NCBI GenBank assembly: GCA_902590695.1
Contig: CACIXR010000003.1
Coordinates: 48,135-112,134 of the forward strand
Direction: 5' to 3'
Length of the DNA: 64,000 nt
Source: an uncultured Alphaproteobacteria bacterium
GTDB taxonomy: Bacteria; Pseudomonadota; Alphaproteobacteria; HIMB59; GCA-002718135
Shown here: in pieces, positions 11,180 to 21,867 of the stretch
How the letters are laid out: each line of letters begins with the position of its first letter
How positions within the stretch are numbered: position 1 is the first letter of the stretch
Translations under genes and position numbers: made by a program
Notes under the pieces: generated by a model
What the model was told of the DNA's origin: nothing
What the model saw: only the letters and a program-made list of their open reading frames with translations
Database searches by the model: none

Positions 11180-12939
11180 ATTATGAATTTGTAACTTCTA
11201 AATAATTCTAAAATTATATTTCTGAAAAGCATTCCTTCATTATATTGAAGATATCCTTTTAGTAAGATCTTAAGATGTTCTGGATGGATATCACTCCAAT
11301 TCTTATTATTTAGAGAAATTAATGAATATATCAGAAATTTTTGATCGTCTTTATTAAAAATGCTATCATTAATTTCATTAATGAGAAATATTGATGGCAT
11401 TGCTCTATCATCAAAGATTTTATTTAAATTTAAATTTGTATTATAGCTTATTTCCAAATTCATTACTGATTTTAAAACATACAATAATTCAGTATTTTGT
11501 TGATTCTCTTGATCATAATTAAAAGTATTTAGGGTTATATTTATCGAATTAATAAATGAATTTAGATCATTAGTAGAGTATAAGTCTAATAAAATCCTAG
11601 TGTAAATACTTTTAGAATCTACCTCTTTTGCACTTTCATACAATTTTATCCACTTAAGCGCGTTGTCAAAATTATTGTTATATATATATGCTGACGCTAT
11701 TTGAGGTCCATATATTATATTTTCTGAATTAGCCTCAATTGAACTCAACATATTAACTGATAATTTATAAGCAATTTCTTCTAAGCTATTTTTTTTTGCA
11801 TAATCCCAAAATTGAATCAAACTTTTTAATCTATCATTCGGAAAAATTTGAATGTTTACCAACTGAAATAAAAAAGCCATGCTTAGCTCATTATTACCTG
11901 AAAATGAATCTATGGTTTCTATTGGATTATTTAATTGATCTGAGTTAAAATCAGCTGACATGTATAAAGCTGCCAAACTATCAATAGTAATTAAGTTTTC
12001 TAAAAAACTTTCATTTGCTGCTTTAATTCTTAAATCAATGGGTGAAGCTTGATTTAAAATAATTGGGATTGAAAGATTTTTTTTATCAAGTTCATAAAAT
12101 TCATGTGAAAATGGAAGCTCTGCGATTCTAGTCATAGCGCTATATAAAAATATTAATTCTTTATTGATTTCAGAATTAACAATATTAATATCCACATTTA
12201 TCTGATCTGATGTGTTAGATATAAGTGAGATCAAATATTGATAATAATTATCTAATTTTATTTCTGAGTCTATCAAAATTGAATTTAATAAATTAGCCTC
12301 AGACTGATTATCATTTAAGATTAAGCAAAATATATCAAGCTTCTCTAAAAAGAAAAAATCCAACTTTATATTAGAATTTAATTCATCCTTAAAATTACAA
12401 GCTTCATTTAATTGAAAAGTTGATAAAAGATAATTTAATTTTACACCGGTGTAGAAACTAAAATTTTTGTCATCACTTAATTCATATCTTTCAATTAATT
12501 CATACGATTTATTAATTTGTCCAATAGATTGTAAGTAATTAATAATTAAAAAAAATGTTTGCTTGTCTTTATCACTTTCTAAATTTAATTGAAGATTCTC
12601 TAAAACTTGAATTATTTGTTTTTGTAAGATTTTTGAGTTAATTTTTTCGAGATTTTCAAAATATTCCATTATAATTTTTGTTTCACTATTATGAATGAAA
12701 TTCTTTTTAATAATTTCAATTTGTTTTACTTCATCTTCATTACTTGCAGTTATATCAGTTTCATTTGCATTTTCGATTATATCTTCAATTTCATCTTCTT
12801 GATTAAGATTTTCTAAAACCATTTGATCAAGGCTCTTACTTTCATGTAAATTAATTACTTCTACCTCGGTACTTTCATCTTCATTTGCAAAAATATTATT
12901 TGAAAAAACAATAAATAGAATAATTAAAAAAAACTTCAT
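11176..12939 (-). CDS. Exported hypothetical protein, probably helical
   Basis: Signal-peptide-like N-terminus MKFFLIILFIVFSNNIFA, acidic linker, only two Cys (EACNF, IFCLI). 4-nt overlap with accA. Confidence 0.8.
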   Translation of the reverse strand: MKFFLIILFIVFSNNIFANEDESTEVEVINLHESKSLDQMVLENLNQEDEIEDIIENANETDITASNEDEVKQIEIIKKNFIHNSETKIIMEYFENLEKINSKILQKQIIQVLENLQLNLESDKDKQTFFLIINYLQSIGQINKSYELIERYELSDDKNFSFYTGVKLNYLLSTFQLNEACNFKDELNSNIKLDFFFLEKLDIFCLILNDNQSEANLLNSILIDSEIKLDNYYQYLISLISNTSDQINVDINIVNSEINKELIFLYSAMTRIAELPFSHEFYELDKKNLSIPIILNQASPIDLRIKAANESFLENLITIDSLAALYMSADFNSDQLNNPIETIDSFSGNNELSMAFLFQLVNIQIFPNDRLKSLIQFWDYAKKNSLEEIAYKLSVNMLSSIEANSENIIYGPQIASAYIYNNNFDNALKWIKLYESAKEVDSKSIYTRILLDLYSTNDLNSFINSINITLNTFNYDQENQQNTELLYVLKSVMNLEISYNTNLNLNKIFDDRAMPSIFLINEINDSIFNKDDQKFLIYSLISLNNKNWSDIHPEHLKILLKGYLQYNEGMLFRNIILELFRSYKFII

Positions 12940-13064
12940 TTTAGATTTAAAGTATATTTTTCAGTGATAATTGCTGAAGGTGAAGGAATTTCAATCATAT
13001 AAAGTCCAGTAAAAACGATTATTGTTACTATAATAAAAATATATATAATGTACCTGTTTTTCAT
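12936..13064 (-). CDS. 42-aa single-pass membrane protein (not in the ORF track)
   Basis: Manual translation MKNRYIIYIFIIVTIIVFTGLYMIEIPSPSAIITEKYTLNLK. Its TGA overlaps the ATG of the 587-aa gene (ATGA). Confidence 0.75.
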   Translation of the reverse strand: MKNRYIIYIFIIVTIIVFTGLYMIEIPSPSAIITEKYTLNLK

Positions 13065-13162
13065 AAATGCTATTAAAAAATGACTATTATATGTTTTTAC
13101 CATTTTTTTAAGTTTTTTCTAATTTCAACAAAATTTTGTCAATAATAAGAAAGAATTATAAT

Positions 13163-13696
13163 ATGTTTGATCTAACTAAGATTAATAAGAAAAATATTTG
13201 TATTATGGGCCTTATGGGTTCAGGAAAAACTATAATAGGAAGAGATTTGAGTAAATACCTAAATATTAAATTTTTTGACACAGATAATGAAATTGAAATT
13301 AAAACTAAAAAAAGCATAGAAAGGATTTTTGTAGAAAATGGAGAAGTGTATTTTAGAGAAATTGAAGAGAAAATCTGTATTGAATTATTAACTTATGATA
13401 ATTGCGTAATTTCTTTAGGCGGTGGTAGTATAATTAATAAAAAAATTAGAAGAGAAATTAAAAAAAATTCCTACTCTATTTATTTGAAAGTTAAATTAGA
13501 CAATTTACTTAACAGACTAAAATCTTCAAAAAAAAGACCGCTATTAAATAGTAAAGTAAGTAAAAGCGAAACATTAAAAAATCTTTATAATGACAGAAGA
13601 AAATTTTATGAAAAGGCTGATTTTATAATTAATAACGACAACGATAAATTCCAATTATTAGAGAAAATTAAATTGAAACTTAACTCATATGAGTAG
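13163..13696 (+). CDS. aroK: Shikimate kinase
   Basis: GLMGSGKT, DTD, FREIE, SLGGG, RPLL. ATG at 13163 preferred; start uncertain. Confidence 0.95.
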   Translation: MFDLTKINKKNICIMGLMGSGKTIIGRDLSKYLNIKFFDTDNEIEIKTKKSIERIFVENGEVYFREIEEKICIELLTYDNCVISLGGGSIINKKIRREIKKNSYSIYLKVKLDNLLNRLKSSKKRPLLNSKVSKSETLKNLYNDRRKFYEKADFIINNDNDKFQLLEKIKLKLNSYE

Positions 13697-14756
13697 TAAC
13701 TTATATATAAAAGATAAAAAATTAAACACTACAATATTAATAAAAAAAAATTATATTTCTAAATTTATTGATAACATCGCAAAAAAAAATGAAAAAGTCT
13801 TTTGTTTTTTAGATTCAAAAATTAAAATAGATTATAATTTTGCTAAACAAAAAAATATAAAAATTTTTTCTATAAGATGTGGAGAGAGAATTAAAAATAT
13901 TGATGGGTATAAAGATCTTGCTGATAAGCTAATTAAGGGTAATGTAAATAGAAAATCTGTAATTATTGCTATCGGAGGAGGTACTCTAGGTGATTTAGCA
14001 GGATTTGTTGCAAGTACAGTATTAAGGGGATTGAATTTTTATTTAATACCAACAACACTTTTATCTCAAGTAGATAGCTCTATCGGAGGTAAGAATGGAA
14101 TTAATACTATTTATGGAAAAAATTTACTTGGAACCTTCTATCAGCCAAAGGAAGTGTTAATAGATATTTCTGTATTAAATAGTTTGCCAAAAAAAGAAAT
14201 GAAATCTGGTTATGCGGAAATAATAAAACATGCTTTGATTAAAGATTATTCATTTTATTGCTGGTTAGAAAAAAATACAAAAAAGTTATTTAACTTAAAT
14301 AAATCTATCTTAGAAAAGGCTATTTATAAGTCAATCATGATAAAACTTTTCTATGTTAAAAAAGATGAAAAAGAATTACTGTTAAACAAAAATTCTAGAG
14401 CGATGTTAAATTTTGGACACACGATTGGTCATGCTATAGAAAGTCATTATAATTATAAAAAATTTAATCATGGAGAAGCAATTTCCATAGGTATGATAAC
14501 TGAAGCAAAAATATCTAATTATATTGGTTTGCTAACATCTAACGAATTGGAAAGAATATTAGCACATTTCAAAAAATATAGACTTAAAGTACATGATAAT
14601 ATATTGAAAGATAAAAGGTTAATAAAAAAAATAATTAAAGATAAAAAGAATTTTCAAAAAAATATTAATTTTTCACTAATAGATAAAATAGGCAGTTCAA
14701 TTTTTTACAAAAAATTAGATAAAATCAAAGTTTATAAAATTTTAAAAAATATTTAA
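13689..14756 (+). CDS. aroB: 3-dehydroquinate synthase
   Basis: GGGTLGDLAGF, PTTLLSQVDSSIGGKNG, LNFGHTIGHAIE, HGEA. Confidence 0.97.
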   Translation: MSSNLYIKDKKLNTTILIKKNYISKFIDNIAKKNEKVFCFLDSKIKIDYNFAKQKNIKIFSIRCGERIKNIDGYKDLADKLIKGNVNRKSVIIAIGGGTLGDLAGFVASTVLRGLNFYLIPTTLLSQVDSSIGGKNGINTIYGKNLLGTFYQPKEVLIDISVLNSLPKKEMKSGYAEIIKHALIKDYSFYCWLEKNTKKLFNLNKSILEKAIYKSIMIKLFYVKKDEKELLLNKNSRAMLNFGHTIGHAIESHYNYKKFNHGEAISIGMITEAKISNYIGLLTSNELERILAHFKKYRLKVHDNILKDKRLIKKIIKDKKNFQKNINFSLIDKIGSSIFYKKLDKIKVYKILKNI

Positions 14757-16003
14757 TGACAAGTATATTTCTTCTTTTATTATTAATAATCCTTGTGATT
14801 TTATCAGGTTTTTTATCAGGTTCTGAAACTGCAATAACCGCAACTTCTAAAGCAAGAATTCTTTATAAGAAGAAAAGGGGTAGTAAAAGAGCAGGTTATG
14901 TGCTTGAATTACTAGATAAGAAAGACAATGTAATATCAACTTTGCTTCTATCTAATAACTTGGTTAACATTCTAGCATCTTCTCTGGCTACTGCATTTTT
15001 CTATGACCTTTTTGGTGTAGAAGGTATTTTTTATGCTACTCTAATAATGACTGTTGTAATTGTAATTTTTGCAGAAGTTCTGCCTAAAACTTTTGCTATA
15101 AATAGACCTAATAGAACTGCTCTACTAATTTCTCCAATTATTTATTATTTAAACAAATTTTTATTTATATTTGTATTTGTAATTAATTTAATTGTAAGAT
15201 TAATTTTTAGAAAAAATGATTATGATATAAAAAATAAAGATCTTCAATCGGAAGAAGAATTAAAAGGAGTAATCGATCTTTATAAGACTTCAAATCCAGA
15301 TTATGAACAAGAAAAAGATATGTTACAAAGTATATTACAATTAAATGATATAACTGTTGAAGAAATCTTTACTCATAGAAAAAATATTTATTCAATAGAC
15401 TCATCCTTAAAAACTAGTGAAATTATACATAGAATTAATAATTCACGATACACTCGTATTCCTTTTTGGAAAGATAATCCTGAAAATATAATAGGTTTAT
15501 TAAATGTTAGAACTTTAAATATAGATTTAAAAAATCACAATGAATCAAAAGAAATTATTTTTGATAAAATTTCTAGTCCATGGTTTATTCCTGAAACTAC
15601 AAACCTATTAGAACAACTGGTAGAATTTAAAAAAAGAAAAGAACACTTAGCATTTGTTGTTGATGAATTTGGTGAATTACTTGGATTAATAACCTTAGAA
15701 GATATTATTGAAGAAATAGTTGGAGAAATTGTAGATGAAATTGATGTTCCAGAAAATGATTTTAAACTAAATAACAACGGCAAGATAATAATTAATGGTG
15801 AAAAAAATATTAGGGATCTTTATAAAAGTTTTGATTTAGATCCGCCAGAACTTGAAGCATCAACTATAGCAGGATATATTTTAGATATTTCAAAAAAAAT
15901 ACCTTCATATGGAGAATTATTTAAAGATAATTTTTTTACTTACAAGATTTTATCACACTCAAAAAAACAAATATCAAAGATTGAAATTTCAAAAATTAAT
16001 TAA
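14756..16003 (+). CDS. CNNM/HlyC/CorC family Mg/Co transporter (DUF21, CBS pair, CorC)
   Basis: SGSETA, FAEVLPK, CBS region VVDEFG...TLEDIIEEIVGEI. Confidence 0.92.
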   Translation: MTSIFLLLLLIILVILSGFLSGSETAITATSKARILYKKKRGSKRAGYVLELLDKKDNVISTLLLSNNLVNILASSLATAFFYDLFGVEGIFYATLIMTVVIVIFAEVLPKTFAINRPNRTALLISPIIYYLNKFLFIFVFVINLIVRLIFRKNDYDIKNKDLQSEEELKGVIDLYKTSNPDYEQEKDMLQSILQLNDITVEEIFTHRKNIYSIDSSLKTSEIIHRINNSRYTRIPFWKDNPENIIGLLNVRTLNIDLKNHNESKEIIFDKISSPWFIPETTNLLEQLVEFKKRKEHLAFVVDEFGELLGLITLEDIIEEIVGEIVDEIDVPENDFKLNNNGKIIINGEKNIRDLYKSFDLDPPELEASTIAGYILDISKKIPSYGELFKDNFFTYKILSHSKKQISKIEISKIN

Positions 16004-16250
16004 TTTTAATTTCTAAAGAATGTAACCCACTTTTAAATTCTTCTTCAAGTACACTATTGATAATCCTATGAATATTTAATCTATTAAACGGTGAATTATC
16101 TTTTTTCGTCAAGATGATCTTAATATGAGTTTCACCACTTCCGGTAAAATTATTATGCCCTTTATGCAAATTTGAATTGTCAATAATTTCTAATAAAAAA
16201 TTATCAAATTTATTTGATAATATTTTACCAATTCTTTGCTTACGATTCAT
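15996..16250 (-). CDS. bolA: BolA family protein
   Basis: IIDNSxxHxGH, ETH, R...HR.I...L.EE...GLHSL. Confidence 0.9.
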   Translation of the reverse strand: MNRKQRIGKILSNKFDNFLLEIIDNSNLHKGHNNFTGSGETHIKIILTKKDNSPFNRLNIHRIINSVLEEEFKSGLHSLEIKIN

Positions 16251-16273
16251 TATTTTTAAACTATATAATACGT

Positions 16274-16861
16274 ATGGGTAAACATAAAATAGATATTAAT
16301 AAAAACAGTCTTTCTTGGGAAAAAACATTTTTTAGAAAATGTGATAACAAAGATTGTAATTGTGAAGGTAAGTTTAAAGCACCAAAATCAAGAGTTATGT
16401 TGAATCAATATTATTATTTTTGCATGGAACATATTAAGGAATACAACAAATCATGGGATTTTTATAAGGGATTATCAGTTAATGAAATTGAGAATTCAAT
16501 GAGAGAAGATATTATTTGGAACAGGCCATCATGGCCATTAAAGGGAAATTATCACAAAGTAATGGATCAAATTAACAATTTTTTTAACGAAGAAATGAAC
16601 GATTTAAACCCAAATGAAAGAGAGAATAATTACTTCAGAAATAAGCTGGTTGATGAAAATCTTACAAAAGAAGAAAGTAAAGCTCTATCATTATTCAATC
16701 TAGATCTACCATTGACATTGGAAAAAATTAAAAAAACTTACAAAAAACTAGTGAAAATATTTCACCCTGATGTAAATGGTAACGATAAAAAAGCTGAAGA
16801 GAAGTTTAAGGAAATAAATAACTCATACAGAATACTTTTAAAAAAATTTAAAAATGACTGA
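16274..16861 (+). CDS. J-domain protein with an N-terminal Cys/His (putative Zn) domain
   Basis: C-terminal J domain with HPD. N-terminal CxxxxC...APKS...FCxxHxxEYNxxWDF. ATG at 16274 preferred. Confidence 0.88.
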   Translation: MGKHKIDINKNSLSWEKTFFRKCDNKDCNCEGKFKAPKSRVMLNQYYYFCMEHIKEYNKSWDFYKGLSVNEIENSMREDIIWNRPSWPLKGNYHKVMDQINNFFNEEMNDLNPNERENNYFRNKLVDENLTKEESKALSLFNLDLPLTLEKIKKTYKKLVKIFHPDVNGNDKKAEEKFKEINNSYRILLKKFKND

Positions 16862-17837
16862 TAAAAAAAATATTGAAATATCTCCTAGTATCAAAATTGA
16901 CCCCAAAGAAATATTTGAGGTTTCCTGTGAGTTTGAGGTTTATAAGTTTAGAGAAAAAACTGAACACGTACCAGAAATAGATCAAACATATATTTTTGAT
17001 CCAACTACAACTCTTTCAATACTGGCAGGGTTTTCTTCTAATAGAAGAGTTTTAATTCAAGGATATCATGGCACTGGTAAATCTACTCACATCGAACAAG
17101 TAGCAGCCAGACTTAATTGGCCATGTATTAGAATTAATTTAGATAGTCACATCAGTAGGATAGATTTGATTGGCAAAGATGCTATCGTACTCAAAGATAA
17201 TAAACAGGTGACAGAGTTTCAGGATGGTATACTTCCTTGGTCATACAAAAATCCTGTAGCTTTAGTGTTTGACGAATATGATGCAGGCAGACCTGATGTA
17301 ATGTTTGTAATTCAACGTATTTTGGAGTCAGAAGGTAAATTAACTCTACTGGATCAATCAAGAGTAATTAAACCTCACAAATTTTTTAGGTTGTTTGCTA
17401 CAGCAAACACTGTTGGTCTTGGTGATACATCTGGTTTGTATCATGGTACTCAACAAATAAACCAAGGTCAAATGGATAGATGGAATATTGTATCAACCTT
17501 AAATTACCTTAGTAACGAGCAAGAAATAAATATTATCATAAGTAAAGTAAAAAAACTTAATAATAAGGATGGCAAAGACATCGTTAAATGCATGGTAGCT
17601 ACTGCAGATCTTTCTAGATCAGGATTTATTAATGGCGATATTTCAACTGTTATGAGTCCAAGAACTGTATTGACTTGGGCAGAAAATTATCTTCTATTCA
17701 ATGATATAGAATATTCTTTCAAACTATCTTTTTTAAATAGATGCGATGAAATGGAGAGATCTATCTTACAGGAATATTTTCAAAGGTCATTTGGAATTGA
17801 TATTACTGATGCTAAGGTAGCTAATGTCAAAGAATAG
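16854..17837 (+). CDS. cobS: CobS-family AAA+ ATPase (cobaltochelatase S subunit / MoxR-like)
   Basis: Walker A GYHGTGKS, Walker [16 protein letters not shown]. Confidence 0.95.
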   Translation: MTDKKNIEISPSIKIDPKEIFEVSCEFEVYKFREKTEHVPEIDQTYIFDPTTTLSILAGFSSNRRVLIQGYHGTGKSTHIEQVAARLNWPCIRINLDSHISRIDLIGKDAIVLKDNKQVTEFQDGILPWSYKNPVALVFDEYDAGRPDVMFVIQRILESEGKLTLLDQSRVIKPHKFFRLFATANTVGLGDTSGLYHGTQQINQGQMDRWNIVSTLNYLSNEQEINIIISKVKKLNNKDGKDIVKCMVATADLSRSGFINGDISTVMSPRTVLTWAENYLLFNDIEYSFKLSFLNRCDEMERSILQEYFQRSFGIDITDAKVANVKE

Positions 17838-19605
17838 CGAAATTATTGAAGATTTTAAAAAGTCATTAAGTGCCACAGTAAAATCAATAGGTAAAAAAGA
17901 AGATATAGAGATTAATTTTGTTAAAGAAAATCCTTCAATTATTGGTAACACTATAAATCTAACTGAACCAAAACTTGAAAATTTCAAAAATAATCTAGAA
18001 TATTTAAGAGCTGAAGCGGACTCTTTTGCATTAGAGTTCAGATTACATTCAAAAGACATACACCAAAACTTTTTAAATCAAGATGAGTTATCAAACGAAA
18101 TAATTAATGTTTTGGAACAAGCACGAGTAGAAGCTATAGGTAGTAGTGAATTCAAGGGAATACAAAAAAATCTAAAGAATAAGTATATTAGAGATCTTAA
18201 AATTGGAAGTACTAAAAAAGATCAAAATTTATTAATTAAAGCATTTAAAAACGTAGCATTTGAAGAAATTGTTGGCGTAGATTTAGGTGAAAATAATAGT
18301 AGTTTTAAAAATATAGTAAAAGAAAAATTAAAAAAAGATTATTCAAATTTTTTTATAGATTTAAGAAAATGTATACATGATCAGAAAAAATATACATCTA
18401 CAATAGTGGAAAAACTAGATAAACTTGGATTACTTAATAACAGTTTAAACAATATTCAAAACGAAGATATTAATCAAAACGATGAAGATCAAGATAATGA
18501 AAATGAAAATAATGATGAACAAAAAAATGATGAACAAACTGAGTCAAATATTGAAATGCAAACAAGTGAAACAGCTGTTGAGCAGTCAACCTCATTAGAA
18601 AAAAATGATGATATGGGAGAAGAAAGTGGGGACACTGAACTAGATTATTTACCAGATAGAAAAATGTTAGAGAATTTAGAGAATTATAAAGTTTATGATT
18701 ATAATTTTGATGAAATTATTAATGCTGAAGAACTTTGTGATATCAAAGAATTAGAGAAACTTAGAAGAAATCTTGATCAACAAGTATTTTCTTTTCAACC
18801 ATTAATTGTTAAAATTGCCAATAGACTACAAAGAAAACTTTTAGCTCAACAAAATCGTCATTGGGATTTTAACATGGAAGAGGGTTTTCTTGATACATCA
18901 AGATTAGCTAAAATTATTGCTAATCCAAATAATAAATTAAGCTACAAAATAGAAAAAGAAGTTGAATTTAAAGATACTATTGTGAGTCTTCTAATTGATA
19001 ATTCTGGTTCAATGAGAGGCAGGCCAATTACGGTTGCAGCCCTATGTTCAGATATTTTAGCAAAAACATTGGAAAGATGCTTAATTAAATCTGAAATATT
19101 AGGGTTTACAACCAAAGCTTGGAAGGGAGGTAACTCTAGAGAAAAATGGATCAAAAATGGAAAGCCTTCTAATCCAGGTAGGTTAAATGACCTACGACAT
19201 ATCATATATAAATCTGCAGACTCACCATGGAGGAGATCAAAGAAAAATTTGGGCTTATTATTGAAAGAGGGAATTTTGAAGGAAAATGTCGATGGAGAAG
19301 CTTTATCATGGGCTTATAATAGATTATCTTTTCGAAAGGAAAAAAGAAAAATTCTTATTGTTATAAGTGATGGTGCACCAGTTGATGACTCAACACTTTC
19401 TGTAAATCCAGGTAATTATTTAGAAAAAAATTTAAGAGATATAATTGGTGAAATTGAAAAAAAAGATGAAATTGAATTAATTGCCATAGGAATTGGGCAT
19501 GATGTTTCAAGATACTATAGTAAGGCTGTAACAATAATGGATGTCGATCAGTTAGGCGAAGTATTACTAAATCAATTATCTGCTACTTTTCATTTAGATA
19601 ATTAA
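17824..19605 (+). CDS. cobT: CobT-family VWA protein
   Basis: Acidic central linker, MIDAS motif [38 protein letters not shown]. Confidence 0.94.
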   Translation: MSKNSEIIEDFKKSLSATVKSIGKKEDIEINFVKENPSIIGNTINLTEPKLENFKNNLEYLRAEADSFALEFRLHSKDIHQNFLNQDELSNEIINVLEQARVEAIGSSEFKGIQKNLKNKYIRDLKIGSTKKDQNLLIKAFKNVAFEEIVGVDLGENNSSFKNIVKEKLKKDYSNFFIDLRKCIHDQKKYTSTIVEKLDKLGLLNNSLNNIQNEDINQNDEDQDNENENNDEQKNDEQTESNIEMQTSETAVEQSTSLEKNDDMGEESGDTELDYLPDRKMLENLENYKVYDYNFDEIINAEELCDIKELEKLRRNLDQQVFSFQPLIVKIANRLQRKLLAQQNRHWDFNMEEGFLDTSRLAKIIANPNNKLSYKIEKEVEFKDTIVSLLIDNSGSMRGRPITVAALCSDILAKTLERCLIKSEILGFTTKAWKGGNSREKWIKNGKPSNPGRLNDLRHIIYKSADSPWRRSKKNLGLLLKEGILKENVDGEALSWAYNRLSFRKEKRKILIVISDGAPVDDSTLSVNPGNYLEKNLRDIIGEIEKKDEIELIAIGIGHDVSRYYSKAVTIMDVDQLGEVLLNQLSATFHLDN

Positions 19606-20801
19606 GAATTTAACCATTTCTTTTTTGCATTATCAAAATCATTGTTATCAATTGAGTTTCTAACTTCTTTCATAAGATTATTCATAAAATATATATTATG
19701 ATTAGTAAGCAATTGTAATCCTAGTAATTCTTGTGCAGAAAAAAGATGGTATAAATATGCCAGTGTAAAGTTCTTACAAGTATAGCAATTACATTCATTA
19801 TCTATTGGGTTTAAATTATTTTTATATTTAACATTTTTTAAGTTTATTTTTCCCTGTTTACCTTTAACTAAAGCTGATCCGTGTCTAGCAATTCTAGTTG
19901 GGCTTACACAATCAAATGTATCGATTCCATCTGCAACAAAATCCCATATATCCCTTGGATCACCTATACCTAGTAAATGTACTGGACGAGTATTATCTAA
20001 TTTAGAAGAAGTGAAATGAACTATATCTTTCATTTCATCTTTATTTGATCCTAGACTTCCACCAATAGCAATTCCAAAAGTGTTAATTTTTTTTGTATTA
20101 AATTCAATGCTTTCTTCTCTTAAATCTCTGTAAATCCCTCCTTGAATAATACCATACATTTCTTGTCTACCAGCTGAGCCATTTTTAGGATTATAATTAA
20201 GTTTTGAATTAAATGTATTGATGGATCTTAAAGACCATCTATGACTTCTTAACATAGAATCAGATGTGTATATTTTATCTACATTATAGGGAGTACATTC
20301 ATCAAAAACTAAGATGAAATCTGCTCCAAGATTTCTTTGAACCTCTATTGATTTTTCAGGAGATAAAATATGAGTAGAACCATCTATATAGGACTTGAAT
20401 AATGCGCCCTCTTCATTCAAATTTATTAAAGTTTTTTTATTTTTTGAATTTGTTTTTCGCCCTTTTATTTCATCCGCAACTGATCCATGTCCAAGAGAAA
20501 AAATTTGAAATCCACCACTATCTGTTAGCATAGGCCCATCCCAACCAGTAAATTTATGAAGACCTCCATGATGAGCTATTAGTTCACTACCCGGCTGTAG
20601 CATTAAATGGTATGTATTGGATAGTATAATTTGTGTATTATTATTTTTTGCTTCAAGTGTAGTAAAAGATTTTAGTGCAGCTTTTGTTGCACAAAAAATA
20701 AATGCTGGAGTTTCAATATCACCATGTGGTGTAGAAATTTTTCCAGTTCTTCCTTTATTATTTTTATTTGTTTTTTTAACTTTCCAAAAAAAGTTAGTCA
20801 T
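19602..20801 (-). CDS. tgt: tRNA-guanine transglycosylase (Chlamydia-like pocket)
   Basis: [34 protein letters not shown], Zn site CNCYTC...HN. ATG at 20801 preferred. Confidence 0.96.
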   Translation of the reverse strand: MTNFFWKVKKTNKNNKGRTGKISTPHGDIETPAFIFCATKAALKSFTTLEAKNNNTQIILSNTYHLMLQPGSELIAHHGGLHKFTGWDGPMLTDSGGFQIFSLGHGSVADEIKGRKTNSKNKKTLINLNEEGALFKSYIDGSTHILSPEKSIEVQRNLGADFILVFDECTPYNVDKIYTSDSMLRSHRWSLRSINTFNSKLNYNPKNGSAGRQEMYGIIQGGIYRDLREESIEFNTKKINTFGIAIGGSLGSNKDEMKDIVHFTSSKLDNTRPVHLLGIGDPRDIWDFVADGIDTFDCVSPTRIARHGSALVKGKQGKINLKNVKYKNNLNPIDNECNCYTCKNFTLAYLYHLFSAQELLGLQLLTNHNIYFMNNLMKEVRNSIDNNDFDNAKKKWLNS

Positions 20802-21534
20802 TAGTTTTTGGGACAAAAAACTTAGCTATATAAATAAAAGGAGTGTCAAGTAGGGCTATAAATATTCTAAGAAGATAAGTGCCTAAAATATAAATCATTA
20901 TGACATTATACACACTTACTGGTTCAGGATTTAATAAGATCCAAGCAAATATACTAAAGACAGTGTTATCAACCAAAGACGAGGTAATAGTAGATAAATT
21001 ATTTCTTAACCAGAGAGACTTGCCTGATAAAGCTTGTTTCAAATAGTTAAAGAACCAAACATCAAAATATTGGCTAATCAAATATGCTATCATACTAGCT
21101 ATGAAAAATCTTGTCATTGGAGTAAATACATTTGATAAACTCTCTTGTACCCAATCAGCATCTGATGGTTGAAAACCAATAGTAATTACCATTAATAAAG
21201 TCATAAATAAGAATGCACAGAAACCAATTAAAATGTTCATTTTAGCTTTTTCCTTGCCATAATATTCAGATATAATATCAGTACATAAAAATGTGGAAGC
21301 AAAAAGTATGGTTCCTAAAGCTACCGGTTCGGGTGAATAAAAAAAGTCTACTGTTTTTAAAACTTGAATATTTCCTACAATTACAGCTAGTGCAGAATAG
21401 ATAAAAATTCCTATGTATCCAAATATCTTTAAAAAAATAAGAATAGATAAAAAACAAAAAAGGAGCATTATGAACCACATTAGTTCAGTGCTAAGTGAAT
21501 TAAGTATTGTTGTTAATTCAAAGAAAAAACCCAT
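20794..21534 (-). CDS. yhhQ: Queuosine precursor transporter (YhhQ/Vut_1)
   Basis: Multi-TM protein with TDIISEYYG, ASMIAYLISQYFDV, LWLRNNLST, DTPF. Overlaps the tgt start. Confidence 0.92.
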   Translation of the reverse strand: MGFFFELTTILNSLSTELMWFIMLLFCFLSILIFLKIFGYIGIFIYSALAVIVGNIQVLKTVDFFYSPEPVALGTILFASTFLCTDIISEYYGKEKAKMNILIGFCAFLFMTLLMVITIGFQPSDADWVQESLSNVFTPMTRFFIASMIAYLISQYFDVWFFNYLKQALSGKSLWLRNNLSTITSSLVDNTVFSIFAWILLNPEPVSVYNVIMIYILGTYLLRIFIALLDTPFIYIAKFFVPKTND

Positions 21535-21542
21535 TACAAAAT

Positions 21543-21824
21543 TTAATTAGATTTTGATAGAATAGTTTTTTTTAATTTTTTAGCCTTTAAGGGCAATTTA
21601 GAGTTTGGTGTATTGATGAGGAATTCATCTAATCCACCTTTTTTTTCTACTGTACGTATAGTACTAACTGCTACTTTAAGTTGAAATTTTTGTCCCAATA
21701 CTTCACTAACAAAAGTAATGTTCTGAAGGTTTGGTTTAAAACGTCTTTTTGTTCTATTTTTGGCATGACTAACGTTATTACCAGTTTGGAAGGATTTTCC
21801 ACTTAATTCACATCTCATTGACAT
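21543..21824 (-). CDS. rpmB: 50S ribosomal protein L28
   Basis: CELSGK..GNNVSHAKNRTKRRFKPNL. Confidence 0.97.
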   Translation of the reverse strand: MSMRCELSGKSFQTGNNVSHAKNRTKRRFKPNLQNITFVSEVLGQKFQLKVAVSTIRTVEKKGGLDEFLINTPNSKLPLKAKKLKKTILSKSN

Positions 21825-21834
21825 AATGAGTCTG

Positions 21835-21862
21835 CATGTAAATATAAATATTATTTTGTCAA
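21835..21862 (-). promoter_or_regulatory. Putative sigma70 promoter for rpmB-yhhQ-tgt
   Basis: Perfect TTGACA (21862-21857), 16-nt spacer, TACATG, ending 10 nt before the rpmB ATG. Confidence 0.55.
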
Positions 21863-21867
21863 GTATT

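Noticed and set aside
18440-18660. GATGAA/AATGAA-rich low-complexity stretch
   Set aside because: It encodes the normal acidic linker of CobT and is not a tandem repeat or array.
16854-19605. Reading cobS-cobT as evidence of vitamin B12 synthesis
   Set aside because: No cobN or other cob/cbi gene is in the window, so the claim cannot be supported.
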